DNA of 41,085 bases, taken from the NCBI GenBank assembly GCA_009927255.1, contig RFNJ01000096.1, forward strand, positions 1-41,085, given 5' to 3'. Below, piece by piece: positions 8,810 to 17,079 of the stretch. Below the pieces are notes generated by a model, which saw only the letters and a program-made list of their open reading frames with translations, did no database searches and had not been told where the DNA came from. Within the stretch, counting starts at the first letter, position 1. Every line of letters begins with the position of its first letter. A program made the translations under genes and the position numbers. This DNA is from Pseudomonadota bacterium. GTDB lineage: Bacteria > Pseudomonadota > Alphaproteobacteria > UBA2136 > UBA6156.

Positions 8810-9850
8810 TCACGGCCCGGGTTCCGCCAGCCCGCGTTCAATCCTTGCGCTCACATAGGCCAGCACGTCGCTCAGTTTTTCCAGCGGAATCCCCCCGCTC
8901 CCCACCCGAATGCCATTCACAAACACCACCGGCATATCCCCACCGGCCGCAAACGTCCGCGCCAGCAACGTGTCGGCGTCTAGTTCCCGATAAAACCGCC
9001 GCGCATCCGTCATCATCAAGCTGCGCACATCGCGCTCGCGCAATCCACTTTTAATTAACGCATCAAACAACCCTTCGCTGGTGGTGGGCTTGCTTTCAAT
9101 CATCGTGGCCCTAAAGTCCCAATACTTCTGCATCCGCCCCGCCACTTTGCCATAAAACGCGGCTTGATTGCCCTCACTCCCCGCCACACCGCTGGCATTG
9201 CTGGCGGCATAAATGCTCAGCACTTGGGTCTGGCTCACAAAGTCATGCAACGCCGCATCAATCCGCCCCAGCGTCTCATGGCACTTGCTGCACCCCACGT
9301 CCTCAAAAATCACCACCTGAATCGGCGCCCCATTCTCCCCCTTGCTCGGGCTGTGGGCATAGGGGATGATATTAAACCGCTGGTCCAGCAACATCTGCCA
9401 CTCTGGCCCCTGCAATTGCTCAGGGGTCGTCTCCGCACGGTCTTTCGCCAGTTGCTCGGTACGGGTCAGCACTTCCTTGCCACCAATCGTTATTTTCGGC
9501 ACCGCAGCTGGCTTGGCTGCCTCGCCCTCTTTCGCCGCTCCACCGCCATGGCCATCGCCTTCCTTTTTCTTCGGCGCACCGCCCGCCGCTGGCTCAATCT
9601 CCGCCAAAGGCTGCGGTTCAAGGGTCGCAAAATTCTCCGGCACAAAAGGCCGCCGCCGCTTGGGCGCCGTCGTTAGGGCAGGGGCCACAGTCGCCGAAAC
9701 CTCCCCCTCCCGCACCGCCAAAATATCTACCCGCTGCCCCCGCAAGCCATAGCGCACAGCCTCGCCCGCCGTATCAAACAGCTCATTGCCAGCCAGCGCC
9801 ACCGCAGGCAGCGCGCCAACCGTCAGTAAAAGCAGCAACATTTTTCCCAT
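8810..9850 (-). CDS. Exported DsbA/thioredoxin-fold protein
   Basis: Signal peptide; SPSKGENGAPIQVVIFEDVGCSKC (CxxC); cis-Pro region MPVVFVNG. Confidence 0.85.
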   Translation of the reverse strand: MGKMLLLLLTVGALPAVALAGNELFDTAGEAVRYGLRGQRVDILAVREGEVSATVAPALTTAPKRRRPFVPENFATLEPQPLAEIEPAAGGAPKKKEGDGHGGGAAKEGEAAKPAAVPKITIGGKEVLTRTEQLAKDRAETTPEQLQGPEWQMLLDQRFNIIPYAHSPSKGENGAPIQVVIFEDVGCSKCHETLGRIDAALHDFVSQTQVLSIYAASNASGVAGSEGNQAAFYGKVAGRMQKYWDFRATMIESKPTTSEGLFDALIKSGLRERDVRSLMMTDARRFYRELDADTLLARTFAAGGDMPVVFVNGIRVGSGGIPLEKLSDVLAYVSARIERGLAEPGP

Positions 9851-9993
9851 TGTTGTCCCCACTCTAGCCAAAATCCCCCGCCACGTCGCCCCCCAAAGGC
9901 CCCAAGTCCCTCAACCAACCGCGCCACCTGTTGCCAAGCCCCTACACTTGCCCTAAAAAGAAAATCAGCCAACACCAACCGAAAGACCACAAA

Positions 9994-10335
<342 letters not shown>

Positions 10336-10494
10336 CCAAAATTCTGCACGCATCTATCCGCCGCCCAACATATAAGCAACAACCCCAATTCCCCCAAAAT
10401 TTCTGGCATTGAATCCCTTGCCGTGAAGGCGTATCAAACCTGTGTAAGTCATTAAATATCCGTTTCCCTAAGCGCACATCAACAGGAGCAATCC

Positions 10495-10731
10495 ATGTGC
10501 CAAATCATCCCCAATGTGGTGAGTGACGCAAGCAAGGTGGTCTTTCCTCAAAATCCTACCACTACCTGCCCCACACGTCTCGCCCAACTGCTCAACGAAT
10601 ACCTCACTCAGCAGGGCGAAGTCGTCGGCTGCACTGCAAAGCAGCAACTCAGCACGGTCTGCCAGTCTGCTATCAAGCTGGCAGCTCAAACTGAAGCCGA
10701 CCGCCGTCAAAAACTCTCACAAGCCGCCTAA
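10495..10731 (+). CDS. Small hypothetical protein (78 aa)
   Basis: AGGAG SD 6 nt before ATG; followed by a strong terminator; no recognisable motif. Confidence 0.5.
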   Translation: MCQIIPNVVSDASKVVFPQNPTTTCPTRLAQLLNEYLTQQGEVVGCTAKQQLSTVCQSAIKLAAQTEADRRQKLSQAA

Positions 10732-10753
10732 CAGCGGCAGAAGGGAACAAACG

Positions 10754-10788
10754 AAAAAAGCCTTTTGCTCCCAGCAAAAGGCTTTTTT
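10754..10788. terminator. Bidirectional intrinsic terminator
   Basis: AAAAAAGCCTTTTGCT-ccc-AGCAAAAGGCTTTTTT perfect inverted repeat. Confidence 0.85.
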
Positions 10789-10878
10789 ACTTGCTAAATG
10801 AAGATAGGTTGGTTATTCCAACAACTGTAAATATCTGCATAGATAGCGTTCCAACTCCAACCACTACGGAGCAAAACC

Positions 10879-11637
10879 ATGACAATCTCATGGGGAAGTC
10901 TGTTTCTGCTGGCACTCAAAATGCTCAAAATGGCCAAATCACTTAAGGTCATTTTGGCGGCAGGAAGTGCCACAGCCTACGCATGGCTATTTTCCTGGGA
11001 AGTTGCCTTTGTGCTCATGTGGGCCATTGGCATCCACGAAATGGGTCACGTCTACGGAATGCGCCGCTGCGGTATACCCACCAAAGGGTTCTACTTTGTC
11101 CCTTTTCTTGGTGGTGCCGCAATTGGCGAAGCTGCGCGCACGGAATGGGATGATGTTTACGTTACGGCAATGGGCCCTACCTGGGGGCTTATCAGTTCCC
11201 TGCCGTTCATCTTCATGTGGCAAGTTACGGGTGAAGTTAAATGGGCTGGATACTCAACACTTATCCTACTCATTAACCTGATTAACCTGCTACCCATCAT
11301 GCCACTTGATGGTGGTCGTCTCACCAAGTCACTCGTCAGTTCAGGGGGCAGCACAGCACTCTGGATTTACCTGTTTTTGTTATGCACGGCTGGCTTCTGG
11401 TTCATGTGGGTAAACGGTCTCTATCTGTTTCTTGGCCTTAGCATCATTGGTGCCTTGGAAGTCGTAGCTGAGGCCCGCCGCAGCAAAAGCGAACGACGCC
11501 CAGCTCTCTCAAGCCTCGAATGGGCCGTCACAGCCAGCTGGTTTATAATCTTAGCAGCGGTCTTGTATGGCATCATCCTAGCCTTCCAAAGTGTGGAAGG
11601 CGCTGGGCTGGTAGCCAAAGTGCTTAAGTCAACTTAA
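10879..11637 (+). CDS. Site-2 protease (peptidase M50 family), membrane metalloprotease
   Basis: HEMGH, FVPFLGG, MGP, NLINLLPIMPLDGG; multiple TM segments. Confidence 0.92.
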   Translation: MTISWGSLFLLALKMLKMAKSLKVILAAGSATAYAWLFSWEVAFVLMWAIGIHEMGHVYGMRRCGIPTKGFYFVPFLGGAAIGEAARTEWDDVYVTAMGPTWGLISSLPFIFMWQVTGEVKWAGYSTLILLINLINLLPIMPLDGGRLTKSLVSSGGSTALWIYLFLLCTAGFWFMWVNGLYLFLGLSIIGALEVVAEARRSKSERRPALSSLEWAVTASWFIILAAVLYGIILAFQSVEGAGLVAKVLKST

Positions 11638-11663
11638 GCAAGATATGCCGAGTCACGATAACC

Positions 11664-11691
11664 AAAAACAGGGGGCTTATGGCCCCCTGTT
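11664..11691. terminator. Terminator between convergent genes
   Basis: AACAGGGGGC-ttatg-GCCCCCTGTT with upstream A run. Confidence 0.75.
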
Positions 11692-11708
11692 AGTTGTTTG
11701 TGCCTTCC

Positions 11709-13352
11709 TCAATCCACCCGCACCTTCACCACTACCCCGCGCAACCAAGCCCCCAGCGCCGGCACAATCTTCGCCAAAACATCGGCAAAGTCGCCCAACA
11801 GTTGCCGGCGGCTCGGCACATGCTGCTGGTTCAGCACCAGCCCATGCAGCGCCGCACCGGCCAGCAGCAAGCTATCCGCCGCCCGCTTGGCATCATCGGC
11901 CAACGTGTGCTCTTGTTGCAGCACCAAGGCCACGCGGGCACCGGCCACCGCCACCGCCATCGCATCCACGTTACCGCGATTCACCGCCGCCAGCGGGCTG
12001 GCATCCACAATCACCACATCAGCAAGCTCACCCACCGCATCCATCAACCGCGCCAAGCCACCCGGCTCACCCAGTTGGTTCAACGTCTCAGGGTGCCGCG
12101 GCGCAGGCAGCACCATCAAGTTCTTAATCCCCACCACTGGCTGCAACGGATTCCACACCTTCAAGCTCTCGCCCTTGCCCACCTTAGCAGGCTTCTTGCC
12201 CGCCACATCGTCCTGCGGCGGCATGCTCCAAGCCTCACCGCGCACTTGCAACAGGTGCGATACATCGCGGTTCTTCAAGTTCAAATCCACCAACGCCACG
12301 GTTTTGCCCATAGTGGCAGTTTTTTCAGCCAGCAGCAGCGCCAGCAAACTACTGCCTTCAAGCCCATGCACACCCAGTAGCACCAACGGCCCGCGCAAAC
12401 CACGCAGCAATGCTTGTTGAATCCGCCCCACCTCACTAAACTGCGCTGGCCGCAAAATCTTCTTCTGCGCCGTCACCACCACACCCGAACGCCCACTCTC
12501 CACCCGCCCCAGCCACGGCAAGCTGCCTGCCAGCGGGATGCCACATGCCTTCGCTGCCTCTGTCGCATTCTTAATCCCCGGCACGCGGCGGCGCGGATAC
12601 ACCATCACCACCCACCCCAGCAACAAGCCCAACAACCCACCCCACATCGCCGCTTGGCTCAAACGCCAGCTCAGCGGCGGCTGCGCAATCATCGTCGCAG
12701 GCTCGGCAAACCACAGCAACGCTTGGCTGCCATTGCGCTGAAAAGCCGTGTTCACCAGCCGTAAATCAGTCTGCAACTGCACAATCTGCGCCGCCAACTG
12801 CTGTTTACGCAACGCCAAAGTCGGGTCAGCCGCCATCGGCACTGTCGGTGTCACCAAGCCCGCAGGCGCCGCAGCCTGCTCAACAGTTGCCCGCAGTTCT
12901 TGCTGGCTCTGTGCTAAAAGTTGCTCAATCCGGCTGCGTTCAGGCGCCAACACTTCCTGAATAAAATTGAACGCCACTGCATCCAGCAACTGCTCCAACC
13001 CCTGCCGCTCATGGCTACGCAAGCCAATCCCCATAAAGTGATCATTAAAAATTTTCAGGCTCACTTGCCGTGGCTCAATTTTCGCCCCCAGCTCATGCCC
13101 CGCATCGGCCAGCAGTTCAGGCTTGGTCAGCATCGCATAAAGCGCCTCGCGGTGCCCACCGGCGGTAATTTTCTGCAGCAGCGGCGCCTTGGCCTGCTCA
13201 CTTTGCAGTTGCAGCAGCACGCGCGCTTCATAATGTTGGGGGGTCAGCAACACTTGGCCCATCGCCAGTAAAGCACCAAAAATCAGCGGCAATACCAACT
13301 TCAACCGCCAGCGCCAAATTTCTGCCAAAGCCACCAAAAACCAAGCCATCAT
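11709..13352 (-). CDS. Wzz/Wzc-like polysaccharide co-polymerase with degenerate BY-kinase domain
   Basis: N-terminal TM plus PQHYEARVLL, coiled coil, GGLLGLLLG TM2, ALVDLNLKN (Walker A'), DVVIVDASP (Walker B), GLVLN; Walker A degenerate (GLEGSS). Confidence 0.8.
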   Translation of the reverse strand: MMAWFLVALAEIWRWRLKLVLPLIFGALLAMGQVLLTPQHYEARVLLQLQSEQAKAPLLQKITAGGHREALYAMLTKPELLADAGHELGAKIEPRQVSLKIFNDHFMGIGLRSHERQGLEQLLDAVAFNFIQEVLAPERSRIEQLLAQSQQELRATVEQAAAPAGLVTPTVPMAADPTLALRKQQLAAQIVQLQTDLRLVNTAFQRNGSQALLWFAEPATMIAQPPLSWRLSQAAMWGGLLGLLLGWVVMVYPRRRVPGIKNATEAAKACGIPLAGSLPWLGRVESGRSGVVVTAQKKILRPAQFSEVGRIQQALLRGLRGPLVLLGVHGLEGSSLLALLLAEKTATMGKTVALVDLNLKNRDVSHLLQVRGEAWSMPPQDDVAGKKPAKVGKGESLKVWNPLQPVVGIKNLMVLPAPRHPETLNQLGEPGGLARLMDAVGELADVVIVDASPLAAVNRGNVDAMAVAVAGARVALVLQQEHTLADDAKRAADSLLLAGAALHGLVLNQQHVPSRRQLLGDFADVLAKIVPALGAWLRGVVVKVRVD

Positions 13353-13467
13353 GTTATTCCTTATTATTAATTATCCCCAAAATACCCCAAGCCCCATCGT
13401 CCGCCAAGCCACCCCCACCACACATCTGCCCGCAAAACATACATTAAAACATACATCAATCAATGCC

Positions 13468-13496
13468 TTGACATCCTCCCCCAATCCGCCTAAAAG
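13468..13496 (+). promoter_or_regulatory. rplK promoter
   Basis: TTGACA-N17-TAAAAG (no -7 T, as is common in Alphaproteobacteria). Confidence 0.6.
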
Positions 13497-13525
13497 CCCC
13501 CCACCACCCCCGAAAAAGTGCATCA

Positions 13526-13558
13526 GGCGTGGGAGCAACCAATGCGAAAGTAACCAAA
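13526..13558 (+). promoter_or_regulatory. Putative L1-binding autoregulatory leader
   Basis: GTGGGAG...GCGAAAGTAACCA just before rplK resembles the 23S rRNA L1 site (GUGGGAG...GUGAAAUACCAC). Confidence 0.5.
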
Positions 13559-13987
13559 ATGGCTAAAAAAATCATCGGCTTTGTCAAGCTGCAGGTGCCT
13601 GCAGGGCAAGCCAACCCGGCCCCTCCGGTCGGTCCGGCTCTTGGTCAAAAGGGCCTTAACATCATGGAATTCTGCAAAGCGTTCAACGCCGCCACGCAGC
13701 AAAAGTTCGCCCCCGGCACCCCCGTGCCCGTGGTGATTACGGCTTATGCGGACAGAACCTTCACCTTCGAAATGAAGACCCCACCGGCCACCTGGTATCT
13801 CATGCAAGCGGCCAAAATTCAAAAGGGCGCCGGCACACCGCAAAACCCTATTGGCAAGGTTAAAAAGGCCGATATCAAAAAAATCGCCGAAGCCAAAATG
13901 GCTGACCTCAACGCGGAAGACATCAACGCAGCCATGAAAATCATCGAAGGTAGCGCCCGCTCCATGGGCCTCACCGTGGTGGAATAA
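13559..13987 (+). CDS. rplK: 50S ribosomal protein L11
   Basis: [30 protein letters not shown]...GSARSMG. Confidence 0.98.
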   Translation: MAKKIIGFVKLQVPAGQANPAPPVGPALGQKGLNIMEFCKAFNAATQQKFAPGTPVPVVITAYADRTFTFEMKTPPATWYLMQAAKIQKGAGTPQNPIGKVKKADIKKIAEAKMADLNAEDINAAMKIIEGSARSMGLTVVE

Positions 13988-13998
13988 GGAGAATCATC

Positions 13999-14736
13999 AT
14001 GGCAACCAAAAAATCACCCGCAGCCGCCGCCAGCAAAAAAGCTGGCAACAAGCTCACCGCCGCCAAACCCAAAAAGGTTATTCCGGCGTACGATAAACTC
14101 AAGCCCTATCCTTTGGCCGAAGCAGTTGAATTGCTGCAAAAAATGCCCAAGGCCAAGTTCGATGAATCGGTCGACGTCGCCTTTAATCTGGCCGTAGACC
14201 CCAAATATAACGACCAAATGGTCCGCGGTGTCGTCACCCTGCCCCACGGCACGGGTAAAGTGCTGCGCGTCGCCGTCTTCGCCAAAGGCCAAGCGGCCAC
14301 CGATGCCAAAACCGCCGGTGCCGATGTGGTCGGCGCCGAAGACCTCGCCGACAAAATCAATGAAGGCTTCCTTGATTTCGACCGCGTCGTCGCCGCACCC
14401 GACTGCATGGCCATCGTGGGTCGTGTCGCCAAAATCCTCGGCCCCAAAGGCCTGATGCCCAACCCTAAGCTGGGCACGGTTACCCCCAACGTGGCCAAGG
14501 CGGTGAAGGATGTCAAAGGCGGCATGGTGGAATTCAAGGTGGAAAAAGCCGGTATCATCCACGTTGGCGTTGGCCGCCGCAGCTTCAGCGCTGCCCACTT
14601 GGCTGCCAACATCAAAACGCTGGTCGATGCCGTCAAGGCCGCCAAACCAACCGGCGCCAAACAAACCTACATGCTGCGGCTGTCCATCAGCTCCACCATG
14701 TCCCCCGCCGTGCGGATCGACCTCTCCAGCATCTAA
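13999..14736 (+). CDS. rplA: 50S ribosomal protein L1
   Basis: [39 protein letters not shown]; AAGGAG SD. Confidence 0.98.
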   Translation: MATKKSPAAAASKKAGNKLTAAKPKKVIPAYDKLKPYPLAEAVELLQKMPKAKFDESVDVAFNLAVDPKYNDQMVRGVVTLPHGTGKVLRVAVFAKGQAATDAKTAGADVVGAEDLADKINEGFLDFDRVVAAPDCMAIVGRVAKILGPKGLMPNPKLGTVTPNVAKAVKDVKGGMVEFKVEKAGIIHVGVGRRSFSAAHLAANIKTLVDAVKAAKPTGAKQTYMLRLSISSTMSPAVRIDLSSI

Positions 14737-14757
14737 GCTGAAGCAGTCACCCACAGC

Positions 14758-14786
14758 AAAAAGGCCCCCAATCGGGGGCCCTTTCT
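14758..14786. terminator. Terminator after rplA, possibly bidirectional
   Basis: AAAAA-GGCCCCC-aatc-GGGGGCC-CTTTCT. Confidence 0.7.
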
Positions 14787-14814
14787 CGTTATCGTAAAAA
14801 GGCCGTGCAAACCC

Positions 14815-15252
14815 TTAAAGTGCCTGCAAAAGCCGAGAAAGCATCTCCGGCTCTAGGACCGGCATTTCAAGGCTATCTGTTTCGTGGCGCAGTTTGGGTA
14901 ACTGCGCCTGGCTTTTTTCTGTTCTTACTCCTAATATTTCGCAGCCACGGTAGCCTGGTAAGTTGCTGGCTCTCTCCAGCAGACGCCCGGTTAGGTTGCA
15001 AAATATTGTTGGATCGTCTCCCGTTTGCGCATTGATGAACCAAGGTAGTGCATCCAGAGCGATGATATCAGATGAAGTTGCAACAAGAATCTCGGCTGGA
15101 GATGTCACAGCCCATAGCTCACCATGGCGGTACATAATCCAGCGAAACTTTCGCTTTTTATTACTATCCAGCTGCATAAATCTTGCCGACAAATGGTTTA
15201 GCTGGCTAATGTAAACTCCTGCTTCATGCGAAAGCGCGTTACTCTTACCCAT
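14815..15252 (-). CDS. Orphan hypothetical protein (145 aa) between rplA and rplJ
   Basis: AAGGAG SD 6 nt before ATG; upstream TTGAGT-N16-TATGAT promoter (15350-15323); no known motif. Confidence 0.65.
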   Translation of the reverse strand: MGKSNALSHEAGVYISQLNHLSARFMQLDSNKKRKFRWIMYRHGELWAVTSPAEILVATSSDIIALDALPWFINAQTGDDPTIFCNLTGRLLERASNLPGYRGCEILGVRTEKSQAQLPKLRHETDSLEMPVLEPEMLSRLLQAL

Positions 15253-15358
15253 CGCCGTCTCCTTAAGCTGGCGTTACACGTTAGGCGCTCAGAGGTTCTA
15301 AACAGTCATGTATTTCAATCTCATCATACCGCTATCTCCCTCAAACTCAACTTTTTTA

Positions 15359-15387
15359 TTGCCCTCCTCCCAAAAACCCGCTACAAG
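15359..15387 (+). promoter_or_regulatory. rplJ promoter
   Basis: TTGCCC-N17-TACAAG preceded by a T-rich UP-like tract, just upstream of the L10 leader. Confidence 0.5.
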
Positions 15388-15397
15388 CCCCCCATCA

Positions 15398-15472
15398 CCT
15401 GAAGACCGTCGGCGCCCATGTCACGCAGCAATGTGGGGCTTAATCAAGAGAAATCTTGGCCAACCGAGGGGG
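15398..15472 (+). promoter_or_regulatory. L10 leader (ribosomal protein autoregulatory RNA)
   Basis: GAAGACCGTCGGCG...CTTAAT...CCAACCGAGG matches the GAAGAC-GTAGG...TTAA...CCTACCGAGG L10-leader pattern, upstream of rplJ. Confidence 0.7.
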
Positions 15473-15575
15473 AATCGCCGCCAAAACGCAAGGCCCCAAG
15501 CCTCAGCCAACTGGCCCAGTTTCCATATTCAGCAAGGTGAGCATAGCCGCATGGGGCGGCAATGCACATAAACCA

Positions 15576-15719
15576 GGTACTGTTAACAAAGGGAGAATGC
15601 CGAGGCGAAAATGTGGCTTTTCGAGAACCGCAGCGCAGTTTATATATCAATAAATGAGCAGCGTAAGCGCAGAAAAGACACATTTGCAGACCGGCAGGCG
15701 AACCTTTGCTAACAGTACC
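15576..15719 (+). other. Long rod-like RNA hairpin in the rplJ 5' UTR
   Basis: Nested stems: GGTACTGTTAaCAAAGG/CCTTTGcTAACAGTACC, TGCCG/CGGCA, AAATGTG/CACATTT, CTTTTC/GAAAAG, TTTAT/ATAAA. Confidence 0.6.
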
Positions 15720-15740
15720 GAATCGGAAGGTTATATCTCT

Positions 15741-16256
15741 ATGGATAGAAACCAAAAGCAGGCCTTTATCAGCCAGCTGAATGCCGACCTTGCCCAGGCC
15801 AACGCCCTGGTTGTCGCCCACTATCGCGGCACCACGGTGAAGGAAATCACCGCGCTACGCCGCAGTATGCGTGCCGCCGGTGGCAAGGTACAGGTGGCCA
15901 AAAACCGGCTCGCCAAAATCGCCTTTAAGGGCACTCCGTTTGAAGCTACCGTCAGTTCGCTGATGGTCGGCCCAACCGTGCTTGCCTACAGTGCCGATGC
16001 TGTCGCCGCCGCCAAAATCACCCAAAAGTTCGCCGATGGTAACGATAAGTTCACCATCCTCGGCGGTGCCTTGGGCGAAAAGGCGCTGGATGCCGCAGGC
16101 ATCAAGGCGCTCAGCAGCTTGCCAAGCCTGAACGAACTGCGCGGCAAACTGGTCGGCCTCTTGCAGGCACCGGCCACCAAGCTGGCAGGTATCACGCAAG
16201 CTCCCGCGGGCCAAATCGCTCGTGTGGTCGGCGCTTATGCCACCAAGGCTGCCTAA
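15741..16256 (+). CDS. rplJ: 50S ribosomal protein L10
   Basis: MDRNQKQAFI, HYRGTTV, VAKNRLAKIA, LPSLNELRGKLVGLLQAPA; GGAAGG SD. Confidence 0.97.
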   Translation: MDRNQKQAFISQLNADLAQANALVVAHYRGTTVKEITALRRSMRAAGGKVQVAKNRLAKIAFKGTPFEATVSSLMVGPTVLAYSADAVAAAKITQKFADGNDKFTILGGALGEKALDAAGIKALSSLPSLNELRGKLVGLLQAPATKLAGITQAPAGQIARVVGAYATKAA

Positions 16257-16290
16257 ATCAACAACTAAACCAACCTAAAGGAAACCTAAA

Positions 16291-16668
16291 ATGTCTACCA
16301 ATCTCAACCAAATCGTCGATCAACTCAGCGCGCTCACCGTCTTGGAAGCCGCCGAACTCAGCAAAATGCTGGAAGAAAAGTGGGGCGTTAGCGCTGCTGC
16401 TCCTGTGGCTGCCGCCGCTCCTGCTGCTGGTGCTGCTGCACCTGCTGCCGAAGCACAAAGCAGCTTCAACGTCATGCTGGCTGCCAGCGGCGACAAGAAA
16501 ATCGACGTCATCAAAGTCGTGCGCGAACTCACCGGCCTGGGCCTGAAGGAAGCGAAGGACCTCGTCGAAGGCGCCCCGCAAATGTTGAAAGAAGGCGTCG
16601 CCAAAAAAGACGCCGAAGAAATGAAGAAAAAGCTGGAAGCCGTCGGCGCCAAAGTCGAACTCAAATAG
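16291..16668 (+). CDS. rplL: 50S ribosomal protein L7/L12
   Basis: [50 protein letters not shown]. Confidence 0.98.
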   Translation: MSTNLNQIVDQLSALTVLEAAELSKMLEEKWGVSAAAPVAAAAPAAGAAAPAAEAQSSFNVMLAASGDKKIDVIKVVRELTGLGLKEAKDLVEGAPQMLKEGVAKKDAEEMKKKLEAVGAKVELK

Positions 16669-16684
16669 TTCGCCTAACGCTAAG

Positions 16685-16711
16685 AACAGGGGCCATCAGG
16701 CCCCTGTTTTT
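16685..16711 (+). terminator. Terminator after rplL
   Basis: AACAGGGGCC-atca-GGCCCCTGTT followed by TTT. Confidence 0.85.
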
Positions 16712-16857
16712 ATAAAGCAATGCAAAGACGGCGTAGCCGTCATCCCACCCCCATGCGCACCCAACTCGTAAAAGCACAAAAGGTTCCCATGGGGGTAGGG
16801 ATCCAAGGGGGGCTTGCCCAACTCATACCTACTATCATTTCTCAACAGTATCTCGGT

Positions 16858-16933
16858 GTCACCCCGGGGCATGGCTGGGCCGATTTTTTTTACTATCAAA
16901 AAATCGGGGTGCCCAGCCTGAGCCCGGGGTTAC
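16858..16933. repeat. Composite palindrome: REP-like arms enclosing a bulged hairpin module (copy A)
   Basis: ACCCCGGG/CCCGGGGT outer arms; inner GGCTGGGC-CGATTTTTT...AAAAAATCG-gggt-GCCCAGCC; inner core is shared with 41042-41085. Confidence 0.7.
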
Positions 16934-16942
16934 AAAAACACC

Positions 16943-16972
16943 TTGACACCCTCCGCCCCCCCCAGCTACAAG
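16943..16972 (+). promoter_or_regulatory. rpoB promoter
   Basis: TTGACA-N18-TACAAG, downstream of the rplL terminator. Confidence 0.5.
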
Positions 16973-17079
16973 CACTCACCACTCTGCTTCAGCACCGTGG
17001 TATGCCTCACGCAGGCATCATGCTCACCGGATTTCAGCGGTAAGCCCCAAAGCATTCAAATATAAAGGGGAAAATAGGC

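Noticed and set aside
16696-17043. ORFs 16720-17043 (+) and 16696-16899 (-) between rplL and rpoB
   Set aside because: No SD or recognisable domain; they overlap a terminator, palindromes and the rpoB promoter
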